A stretch of DNA of 63,557 nt, the filler included, from Octopus bimaculoides (taxonomy: Eukaryota), in NCBI RefSeq assembly GCF_001194135.2. It is 5 parts of 5 records of this genome, joined end to end, with 100 filler letters (N's around TTAATTAATTAA, not from the genome) between each part and the next. Parts side by side here need not be neighbours in the genome. Positions count along the whole stretch, not along the records: positions 23,808 to 30,964 come from NC_068983.1; positions 31,065 to 40,926 come from NC_068987.1; 3 more parts are not named here. One strand, written 5' to 3'. The stretch's first letter is position 1, and the number at the start of each line of letters is the position of its first letter. Shown here in pieces: positions 23,935-35,124 of this stretch. The position numbers and the translations under genes are program-made. The notes under the pieces are model-generated. The model saw nothing but the letters and a program-made list of their open reading frames with translations. It was not told the origin of the DNA and searched no databases.

Positions 23935-24113
23935 TAAAGTATTTCTTTATTGCCCACAAGGGGCTAAACATAGAGAGGACAAACGGATTAAGTCGATTAC
24001 ATCGACTCCAGTGCGTAACTGGTACTTATTTAATCGACCCCGAAAGGATGAAAGGCAAAGTCGACCTCGGCGAAATCTGAACTCAGAACGTAACGGCAGA
24101 CGAAATACCGCAT
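23935..24113 (-). mobile_element. tRNA-SINE family D fragment (Nin/Deu-like central domain), young
   Basis: Minus strand: CGGTATTTCGTCTGCCGTTACGTTCTGAGTTCAGATTTCGCCGAGGTCGACTTTGCCTTTCATCCTTTCGGGGTCGATTAAATAAGTACCAG. The domain assignment is from recalled similarity. Confidence 0.8.
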
Positions 24114-24819
24114 ACTTGCATACATGGGACATGATATTGTAGCTAGGACACACTATAAGGAAATCCGTCGGAAGGATAACTCCGAGGACAAAGAAATTCG
24201 AACTCATCACAGTATGGTAGAAGCCATAGCCACTCATAATAAAAAGAGTGCTGGTGGAATGTCCCAGTGAAAACCTTAATAAAATGTAAACACAACAGTC
24301 CTGATATAATGATTTTGGATAGAGAAGAGAAACCGCGTAAAGTAGTGGAAATCAGCTGCTCAGTGGATGTTAGCATAAAGCTGAAGATCAGTAAAAAAGA
24401 GAATACCTACGCTGAATCATTGAGAAATCTGCAGTTATTCTACTCAGATTACAAGTTCAGCTTTATACCTGTAATTATTGGAGGTACTGTAATATGTAAC
24501 ACATTGCCTAAACATCAGTCTTGTGAAATTAGTATTCTCAAAGCCAGAATGAAGAAAGCTGATTCGAAGACAACAGATCTAAGCTATCACTGGAACTGTA
24601 AAAATTTGTAAAATTTTACAGAAGTTTATCATTTAATTACATATTTAATTACATATTTGCCTAGATATGCAAATATAGACAAGAAAAGACATACATAAAA
24701 CATACAAATCTGTACGTATACATACATGCATACACAGCCTGCTGTTTGTTGAAATTCCAATGAAGGAGCCGTTGGTCTAGGCTAGAAACTAATTCTTTCT
24801 CTATTGGCAAAGAATCTTG

Positions 24820-25392
24820 GGATCTTTTTTAAAACGGGGGGCCACATTTTTCATTAACGAAACACTTTGAAACTTGGAACACTGGTAGAATGTGTCATAT
24901 AAAACATCTTTTTCTCTTAGTCTTCTTTAAAAAAAAAGAAATCCATAAGTTATTCCATGTTAAAGTTGTCGTATTTCTCTAATTTCAACCAATCACTGAC
25001 GTCCATTCAGCCAATATACATTAAGTGCCGACTACATAAACAAACGATTCTAACCCTAACCCTAACCCTAACCCTAGGGTTAGGGTTAGGGTTAGGGTTA
25101 AAGCAAATTTAAAATGAAAAAAAGCATATAAAACGAAGGTATGAAGATTAAATACGCTTTACATCACTTAATGAGCCAAAGGAGTAAATGTAAACAACTG
25201 AATACTTGTCAGTGATTGGTTGAAATTATCGAAATAAGACAATTTTTTACATGAAATAAATTCGAATACAAAAATATTTTTCTGTTCTATAACACAAAAT
25301 AGATAAGTATACGAAGTTTGAAAGTCTTTCCGTACCAAAAACACTACGTAAAACATTCATGAAAAATGTGGCCCCCGTTTTAAAATAGATCC
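24820..25392. mobile_element. 573-bp MITE with 8-bp TSD and GG termini (Merlin- or hAT-like; superfamily uncertain)
   Basis: TSD GAATCTTG at 24812-24819 and 25393-25400. TIR GGATCT(T/A)TTTTAAAACGGGGGCCACATTTTTCAT. A second inverted pair AATTTCAACCAATCACTGAC / GTCAGTGATTGGTTGAAATT lies internally. Confidence 0.9.
25051..25100. repeat. Perfect 50-bp palindrome of telomeric hexamers (TAACCC)4-TA-(GGGTTA)4
   Basis: TAACCCTAACCCTAACCCTAACCCT|AGGGTTAGGGTTAGGGTTAGGGTTA. Confidence 0.95.
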
Positions 25393-25632
25393 GAATCTTG
25401 AAATAAGACTGAATAATGACATACATACATACATACACAAGCATAAATATAGGATAGTGGTACAACAAAGTTCCAATGTTTACTGGAAATAGCAGTCGAT
25501 AATATACGACTCTATAGTAAAGCTTCACTGTATAACTATACTGGCAAAAATGTTTGCAGGCGGCGAACATAAAAAAAATTTCATCTTATCTGTAGGAAGA
25601 ACATTAAATAAATGTACAACCTAGATGTGGAC

Positions 25633-25710
25633 AATCTAGAACCTACGTTTCGAACTTTTTTTCAAATTACGTTGTTAACGTAAATTTGATTAGTTCTCAT
25701 CGGCTAGATT
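25633..25710 (-). ncRNA. Type I hammerhead ribozyme, CCGAUGA core variant
   Basis: Minus strand: AATCTAG-CCGATGA-GAACT[AA TCAAATTTACGTT AAC AACGTAATTTGA AAAAA]AGTTC-GAAAC-GTAG-GTT-CTAGATT. It has a 7-bp stem I, a 5-bp stem II with G10.1-C11.1 and a 12-bp extension, and a minimal stem III. Confidence 0.72.
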
Positions 25711-26195
25711 CACCTAGATAAAATTTCAAATGTCTCTACATCAATGTCAGTATTTTCTCGTCTGAACGCATAACAGAGAACAGTGAAAAAGCTTTCAAAG
25801 AAAAAATTATTAAATACTTCAATACATCATGGTATATCATAACAATAATAATATATACTCCGATTTAAATTGACATTTATATATAAGCAATTAACTAAAA
25901 ATGATGAACTAGCTCAAGCCAGATTTCTGATATTTCTCTTTAAAATGCTTTGACGATAGTTAAGAATGAATCATAAGGAGATTTCATTTAAAATTTTATG
26001 CGGAGCATTTATTGCCGCAAAAGATCGTATAGTTAACCATATGGCCGTTACACTCAAAATGAAGGAATAAATATAGATATAATTGAAATGAATAGTGGGG
26101 GCGATTAATGAGAGAATTAGTTGGGTAGAAAAGCAAAAAGGAAGAAAACAAAAACAAAGGATAGAAGAACCGAAGGTAATATGTGTGTTGATAGA

Positions 26196-26487
26196 GTTGT
26201 TGTTGTTGTTGGCACTCAGTCGCTTACGACGTCGAGGGTTCCAGTTGATCCGGAACAGCTTGCTCGTGAAATTAACGTGCAAGTGGCACAACAGAAACAG
26301 AAAGTAAGAGTGAGAGAAAGTTGTGGTGAAAGAGTACAGCAAGGTTCGTCACCATCCCCTGCCGGAGCTTCGTGGAGCTTTAGGTGTTTTCGCTCAATAA
26401 ACACTCGCAACGCCCGGTCTAGGGATCGAAACCCCGATCCTATGACCGCGAGTCCGCTGCCCTAACCACTGGGCCATTGCGACTCCA
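26196..26487 (-). mobile_element. SINE family B copy with internal 94-bp deletion
   Basis: Reverse complement of 13647-14064 lacking 13881-13974. Possible decayed TSD TGTGTTGATAGAGT (26184-26197) / TGCGTTGATGGAAT (26490-26503). Confidence 0.9.
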
Positions 26488-28474
26488 CTTGCGTTGATGG
26501 AATATAGACGAAAAACATAACTGAATAAATATGAATTAAAGAATGCTCACATCTACGAATGTGAAGATAAAAATGTATGAAGCAAAACAGAGAGAAAAGT
26601 GATTTATATAATGAAAATCTAAGGAAAGCTGGCAAGACCAGATAGAAAGNNNNNNNNNNNNNNNNNNNNNNNNNNNNNNNNAGTACATATTCTCTAAAAA
26701 TTGATTGAAAATATTTTACTCACTTTCCTATTCATTTTGGGCATAAAAATAATTCTAGAAATTGTTATAATGAAACATTTATTTTAGACTTTTTGATACT
26801 TAATGCTCTAGGACTCCCTTTAGGTTTTAAAGTGATCTTACATAAAAATTTCACGTCAATTTATATCCCAAAAAACCAGCCTAATAATGACAAAATTACT
26901 TTACTGAATTCTGAATTATTTAAAAATTAATTGCAACGAAATTAAAAACGAAGTGCATTTGAAGATAAATATAATTATAAAAACTTTGACCAAAGAATTT
27001 CTAAATATAATTCACCTTCAGTTCCCACCAATGCGTATGTATAACAAATTCTTTATCCAAAATGTTGAAGTACCTACTCTTACTGTAAAACTTTTGCTTT
27101 TTGAGTCATTTAATGCAACAAAAAAAAAGCGCTTTAAAAGACATGATGAAGTATGCCCAATATGTCCTGCATATCATATTCGTAATTCCATTCCACAGTA
27201 CAAATGTTCACTAAGCGGTAATTACTTTCTGAATGCATTTGTTCATCGTGCATTTGTACATTTAGACATCAGCATTGTATCTAGATAGTACAGTAAATTC
27301 ACTTAAAACAAATCCAAGTTATGCTTTTACAAGCATACGCATTCATTCAAGCATCGAACGAAACGGTATTTGAGAAGTTTCACAAAGAACGTCTGGCTTT
27401 TCTAAGAATCTAACCCGACTGCATTTGTAATAAAATTAAGCATGTTACAGGGCACGGGGGTCATACAACCATGATTGTTATCGTTAAAATTTGTGCTCAG
27501 TGCTGATTTTAAACAAAATCCTATTCATTTTATTATGAAATGAAATCCCCAAATTATTAAACTCCTGTAGGTAGTTTTAACGATATATTTTCTAATTGCC
27601 TTCTCTCCAACATTTATTTTCTCTTCAATTATGAATTCCCTGCATTTCTCTCCGGCAACAGGATTTGCTGCAGATATCTCTTCAGTATCATTTCGTAAGC
27701 CGAAGCTTTTGGATAGTTTATTTTATTTCACTTTTAAAAATCTTATTTATGTATTTATTTATTTGGTGACATCTTTGAGTTCATTTCTTTCTACGACTTC
27801 GGTAATTCTAAATTCTACCGATGCTTTTCACATATACATAATTTTCTAAGAAATCATATTTTTTTCCAACATGCTTGCAACTTTTTAATTTTATTTGTAT
27901 TCACTTTCTACTTCCTCTTGCTTTGTGTATTTTGCATTCATATATTTAAACAAACTGAAAGATCCCATACTTCCTTTCGCTCCCCAATTATGTTTTATTA
28001 ATTTCTAGTTCTATATTTTATATCAAATATAACCATTATAATACGTTTGCTTCAGTTGTATGCTGTCAAAATCCTGTCTAGATCTTTTAAAAATCTCTCG
28101 TTTCATTTTTGATATAGGTCAAAGGTCAGAATTGAGAAACTCGGAGTAACGATTTGTAAAGACTGCATCTCCAGTAAAATGAAATATATACATATATTAG
28201 TGTGTGTGCATAATTGTGCAAGCTTGTACATGTGTGTGGATGAGTCTATACGTGTTTAGGCTCATATATAATTAACTACTGCCGTTAGCGATAGAAAAAG
28301 AACACCGATACAACAATATAATTTACATGTACAAGACAACATAGGTTAGTTGATCAAGTAATCATAACATAAATGCATTGGCAGTATATGAGAAAATATA
28401 ATTAATCTATCTGTATGCTTATGTACTAGTTATAAATCTTGTCAGGACTGTATTAAAGTGTGTATGTGTGCTTA

Positions 28475-28529
<55 letters not shown>

Positions 28530-28663
28530 ATGTGCGAGCGCACGCGTGTGTGTATGCATCTGTAAGTGTGTGAATGTGTTTTGAAATGTGTGTAACAATA
28601 TATACTTAGACGTATGCAATATATATGGATAGACATAAGTACATATATACATATATATATATA

Positions 28664-28698
<35 letters not shown>

Positions 28699-29011
28699 GT
28701 CTGTATTTACATGTGCATACACATATAGATACACACACACACACACACACACACACACTATTTGGTACTTACATACAGCTGTATGAGAAACGCGCGAGTA
28801 TCAGGCAGCCTCGTGTAAGATACTCCTAATTTGACGTCTGGAATGTAAAGTCTACTGCGATTATCTTATGTTTCATTTAAGAATATTTACACAGAACAAA
28901 AGAATTTCCAACAAAAGCTACCTAAGATTTGCTCCGCTGCAACATTTCGCTTCTGTGAACTATATCTCGTTAATTTCAACACATTACACCGTACACACAT
29001 GCACATTTACG

Positions 29012-29062
<51 letters not shown>

Positions 29063-29199
29063 AAATGTATATGTATGTGTGTATATACACACATATGTAT
29101 ATATACACAAGTGAACGCATGTAGCATATACTCATATACATGCATGTTTCTGTTTGTATATAATCTTTATATACATTTCATTCTCAATCACCTACTCTC

Positions 29200-29261
<62 letters not shown>

Positions 29262-29638
29262 NNNNNNNNNNNNNNNNNNNNNNNNNNNNNNNNNNNNNNN
29301 NNNNNNNNNNNNNNNNNNNNNNNNNNNNNNNNNNNNNNNNNNNNNNNNNNNNNNNNNNNNNNNNNNNNNNNNNNNNNNNNNNNNNNNNNNNNNNNNNNNN
29401 NNNNNNNNNNNNNNNNNNNNNNNNNNNNNNNNNNNNNNNNNNNNNNNNNNNNNNNNNNNNNNNNNNNNNNNNNNNNNNNNNNNNNNNNNNNNNNNNNNNN
29501 NNNNNNNNNNNNNNNNNNNNNNNNNNNNNNNNNNNNNNNNNNNNNNNNNNNNNNNNNNNNNNNNNNNNNNNNNNNNNNNNNNNNNNNNNNNNNNNNNNNN
29601 NNNNNNNNNNNNNNNNNNNNNNNNNNNGTGTATGCGTA

Positions 29639-29790
<152 letters not shown>

Positions 29791-30473
29791 TCATATGAAT
29801 AAATTGCAAGATCACAATAGGGACAGAAACTATAGATACACAAATTTGTGCCTGTGTAAAACGCATACAATTGTATACGTATCTACGTATAAATACATAT
29901 CTTTATCTATCTATCTACCTACCTATTTATACATGTCTGTGTATGTGTGTGTGTATGTGTGTGTGTGTGTGTGTATGTATGTGCGTGTAAATATATTGTG
30001 TGTGTGTGATATATTGTGTGTGTTTTTGACTTTGCATTCCAAATAGCTGCCTACCTTATTTTATATCTATTTGTGTATGTATGTATGTCTTTTCTATTTT
30101 TTAATTGTTGTAAATGTTCCAGTGAGGAAGGGGTCGGTTTTCAACAAAGACAAAATAGTCCATCTTTGGGATGTAGTTAACACAGACAAAATCACATTTG
30201 GAAAGGTCTCATATTTTTACTGTTCCACTCACAGATTGCACTAGTAACGTACGAATCAGCCGTACATTACTTTCTGAAAATCTCTTTATCCAGTTTCTTA
30301 TTTAAGCATTTATAAAACAAAACGTATGTATGTATGTATATTACATATATATATTAGAAAAAATAATAAGGTACTCAGAGATCTGGATGGTTGTACATTT
30401 ACAGATTTTTATTAATATGTCACATGTTTTTATAATAGCGTATGAGAATGTGGGTACATGGACGAATGTATAT

Positions 30474-30533
<60 letters not shown>

Positions 30534-30887
30534 GTATGCCTGTATATGTATATACACATATTTGTGTGTGTATATATGTATGTAGGTATGTATAAGTGTA
30601 TGTACGGATATCTATATATGCATCTGTATGTATGTATTTATGTACATAAGTACAATGGGGCAGGGAGATTACGTGTAGAATTCTTAATGACATTTTAACT
30701 ACCAATTGTTATCAGAGAGTAATCTCTAATTCGTTTGCTTCATATATTTATTATCATCTTTTCATCGCGCAATTCTATATAATAACCGAAAATATTATTG
30801 AGCCACACATGCCGCCACTCAAAATTGGTACTTACCTATATACATGTCTACGTGTAGATATAAGTATATAAATATATGAATATATAA

Positions 30888-30964
<77 letters not shown>

Positions 30965-31008
30965 NNNNNNNNNNNNNNNNNNNNNNNNNNNNNNNNNNNN
31001 NNNNNNNN

Positions 31009-31020
31009 TTAATTAATTAA
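31009..31020. other. Artificial scaffold linker TTAATTAATTAA
   Basis: 44 N on each side. Confidence 0.95.
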
Positions 31021-31064
31021 NNNNNNNNNNNNNNNNNNNNNNNNNNNNNNNNNNNNNNNNNNNN

Positions 31065-31125
<61 letters not shown>

Positions 31126-32454
31126 CTCCCTCTGTCTGTCTGTCTGCATCACCCTCTCTCTATCTCTATCTCTCTTCCTCATTCCCCCCTCTCTTTATCT
31201 CGCTCTGTCTTGCTTTTTCTCTTTCTCCCAATCTGACTACTTTTCCAATCCTTCTACTCTCCCCATTTTATCAATGTTTCTCTAAGATTTTTAACTTTCT
31301 CTCAACATATACACACATACATAAACCTCACACACGCACACAAAGTCACGCACACACACATACACACATAAACACAGTCTCTCTCTCTCTCTCTCTCTCA
31401 CTTTCTTTTTCTTTCTCTACTTTCACTTTCTTCGTACTCTTCTTTCTTGTCCTCGTTACTGTTTCAATTCTTTATCTTCTTTTAACTTTCTGTCACATTC
31501 GGTTTCTCTCCCTTCTCCCCCCCTCCTCTCTCTCATTTCCACTCTGACACTCATCGACGCTCATCATTCTTATTTGTTCTCAGATTCTTCTTTGTATCTT
31601 TTTTAAATATTTACTCACCTCTTTTAAACTGACATTTCTTCTCTCCTTCCCTCTCTTTCTCTTTCCCTCTCTCTCTCTCGTTCTCTCTTTCTGTCTCTGT
31701 GTTCCATCTCTTACTAACCTAAACTCTACACTTGTACATTTTCTCTAATTCTTCATTACCAACATTTCGTTACAAATTAAAAAGATATGAAACAAAACCA
31801 ACAAAAAAGGAACAAAAAAAAAAACTTCTTTCCTCACATTTCCTCTACTTAAAAACTGAACTAACACAGCAAAGCATTTTTTAAAACTCCTCTCAGCATC
31901 TCCACGATTTTAAACCATCATCACTACATGAGATGCTTGCCAGTATAATTTTCCATTGTGTATTTAAACATAGCTGTCAAAATCTCTCGCTCGCTTCCCT
32001 TGCTTATGAGCCGTATCTCAAAGATATATTTTTTTATACCAGAAATAGTGAATAATAAGGTCGTTAATTACAGGTTTCCAGCAGGAAAATCAATGAATAA
32101 CTGCATTTCTGATAGCCAGAATTACAAGCGTGTGCCTGAAAGTTGATATGATATAGTATGTCTGAAAGGTCTTCGTTCGTAGAACAGCAGAATTTCGGTT
32201 TACTCACTGATGTAAACATCGTTTATCGATATGCATTGGCAAATACACACACTCACACACATACACACACGTGCGCGCGCGCGTGCGTGTGTATCAATGA
32301 CTGTGTAATCTAGAAGTCGTTGCAGGCCCAAACACATTGCACACCATCGGAAACTGCATTGAAACATTGACTCTACCGTTCTGCAACTGTTTCCACCCTC
32401 TATTTCTCTCCTACCAGCACTCCTTTACGAACATGGCAACTACCAAATCCTTTA

Positions 32455-32640
32455 ATATACACTTTGAGCCAGACGCACAAGTTCTGAATTTGGATGTTGG
32501 GTAGTCGATTACATAGACCCAGTGCTTAACTGGTACATATCTCATCGACGCCGGAAAGATGAAATGCGAAGTCGACCTCGGTGGAATTTGAATTCAGAAC
32601 GTAAAGACGGACGAAATGCCACTAAGCATTTTGCTTGGCC
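32455..32640 (-). mobile_element. SINE family D copy
   Basis: GTCGATTACATAGACCCAGTGCTTAACTGGTAC..AAGTCGACCTCGGTGGAATTTGAATTCAGAACGTAAAGACGGACGAAATGCC. Confidence 0.8.
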
Positions 32641-32728
32641 TCTTAAATCCTGTAATATCATATGACAGCAAGTTTAGCTCGTACTTCAAACTTCTCTTGA
32701 AGTGATATTACATGCAAGTGGAGTTTTA

Positions 32729-32854
32729 CAATAGAACTATCCAGTCCAATAGAACTATCCAGTTCAATAGAACTATCCAGTCCAATAGAACTATCCAGTC
32801 CAATAGAACTATCCAGTCCAATAGAACTATCCAGTCCAATAGAACTATCCAGTC
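32729..32854. repeat. 18-bp minisatellite x7 (CAATAGAACTATCCAGTC)
   Basis: Seven units with only one substitution (unit 2). Confidence 0.95.
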
Positions 32855-33544
32855 CACCAAGTGGTTGGTGGGAGACCAAACAGCCACACACATAGGAATC
32901 TACCAACTGCTCTAGTTAATGATATTTCACGTACTTAGTGAGAAATTAAGCACGCTGACAAAATGTTGCGTTGCTGAACACGGCATCTTAAATAACCCTG
33001 TTAAAGTAAAATTCTCAACAATAGTTAAGCCCTGTTTCATTTTGGCCTCAGCTACAATAACCCCCTTGATATCATTGAGGGGTAATACGTGGATACAGTT
33101 AAGGTTCATAATTACTGTTAGCCTAATCGCTCTTGATCCAACCAAACTCGTATTATGCATTGACAGCAATAGATTTTTTTTTCTTTGTTGCTTGGTGTAT
33201 GTACTAATAACTGCGGGAATAATTTGTTCAACTTCAGCGGGAGAGTTTTTGACACTATGTTTGTGGTATCACACAAATAAAATGTTTACAGTGGTGAGAT
33301 TAATGAATGTTCTCTGATATTCACTCCTCCTCTGAGCAGCATCTTAGTTCTCTTAGTACATACATACATACATACATACATAAATACATACATACATAAA
33401 TACATACATACATATGCATCTAGACATGAAAATATATACATAAAAAGGCATCCATTAAACAAACATATAAATCTGGGCATACACTAACACCAAATACTGC
33501 ACACACACACACACACATATGCACAAATACCTAGATGATGTTGA

Positions 33545-33640
33545 TAAAAGTTCCAATGAAGGAGCCTTGAATCTATGTTAGAGTCCGGCTCTTTCTCTAT
33601 TGAAACTGATTGATAACATACATACATACATACATACATA
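33545..33640 (+). mobile_element. 3' UTR fragment of the R4/Dong-like element
   Basis: TTCCAATGAAGGAGCC..TCTTTCTCTATTG matches 24755-24806 and is likewise followed by (CATA)n. Confidence 0.65.
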
Positions 33641-34506
33641 CTAACAAGTTTGTCTATGCTTATATGTATATACGTAGAGACAATAATTTTGGGTATTTGT
33701 CCTTTAATGCGAAAAAGAAATGAAACCTAGAAATGAGTACTGTTCCCTCAGAAATACTACTATTTGTTGTTACTGTTAAGCCCCATGTAATCTTGACTGA
33801 GCGGACTTATAGTCAAATGCTTTGCATGCATGACCAGTTCAGTCGTTTTTCTGGAAAATAGGTATCTAGGATTACATTATCAAATATGTGCTTCCTTTTT
33901 CAAGGCAATTATTTGCAATTAGATAATGATTTAGTTTTAATTTCTTGGAGATCATGAAATTAGGTATATAGTCCATCGTCTTTCATTTTGATGTCGAGGT
34001 ATTATGAATACGCATCTGTGTCGCTGTGTGTGTTTGTTTGTGTGAGATATATGTATGTTTTGATGAGCGTGCGTAGAAACTGAAACAGAAGATGATGAAA
34101 AGAAAGGGAAATAAACTTGATAGGCAATAAGAGAAGGTGCGCAAGTGGTAGCTACAGAGAGTAACGAGCTGCAGAGAGAGGGAGAGAGAGGGAAAAAAAA
34201 GAGAGATACGCATACACAGAAAGAGGAAGAGAGGCAGAGGCAGAAAGAAAGAGAGAAAGAATGTGTGAGGGGGACCAGAGACAGAGCGAGATACAAAGCA
34301 GAAATTCTACATCACGTGATCAAACAAAAACAGTAGACGCCATATTCCATAACCAATAGACTTTGTGCGTCTGTTATACTTTTATATGTCTAGTAATTTC
34401 ATTTAGGTATTATATGTATATTAACAATATTCCAGACAAATATTAGAAAAGTAATAGTGTTTGTACATTGTTTACAATGACACAAAGCGTCACATTAAAT
34501 CTCACT

Positions 34507-34578
<72 letters not shown>

Positions 34579-34784
34579 CTTGTGTGCCTGCCTGTCTATC
34601 TGTTGGTCCGTTTTCCTTTTCCCTTCTGTCCCCCACTCCCTCTGTCTACTTGTGTACGTGTTTATATATGTATGTACATACATATACGTACATATGTATA
34701 CACACACACGCATATGTATATACATGCATATATATACATGTATATATATATTCACACATACATACATATACATATACACACACA

Positions 34785-34858
<74 letters not shown>

Positions 34859-35018
34859 TATACTTATATATAGACACCCACACATGCATGCATATATATA
34901 CTTATACATACACGCTTGCACCCTCCCTCAGACACATATATATGAGTTCATCCATGCAAATGTACATGCATGTTTACAGGCAACAATTATGATTGTATGA
35001 GAGTATTGGGAAAGTGTT

Positions 35019-35060
<42 letters not shown>

Positions 35061-35086
35061 GCACACACACACACACNNNNNNNNNN

Positions 35087-35124
<38 letters not shown>

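Larger units (their letters stand above)
24115..25440 (+). mobile_element. 5'-truncated non-LTR retrotransposon with restriction-like endonuclease (R4/Dong-like); 3' UTR interrupted by a MITE
   Basis: Across frames: HDIVAR..WWNVPVKTLIKCKHNSPDIMILDREEKPRKVVEISCSVDVSIKLKISKKENTYAESLRNLQLFYSDYKFSFIPVIIG..GTVKICKILQKFII*. This is the PD..E..K RLE pattern of the R4 clade. The 3' end ..GAATCTTGAAATAAGACTGAATAATGA is followed by (CATA)n. Confidence 0.8.

Noticed and set aside
25051-25100. Ancestral telomere-telomere fusion site
   Set aside because: The orientation is (CCCTAA)n then (TTAGGG)n, opposite to a fusion scar, and it sits inside a TSD-flanked MITE.
27625-27690. Minus-strand CTGAAGA...GAAA hammerhead candidate
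   Set aside because: Stem II does not close (G-A at its base) and no stem I forms.
32729-32854. CRISPR array (also 55885-55970 and 62389-62665)
   Set aside because: These are contiguous tandem units without unique spacers, in eukaryotic DNA with no cas genes.
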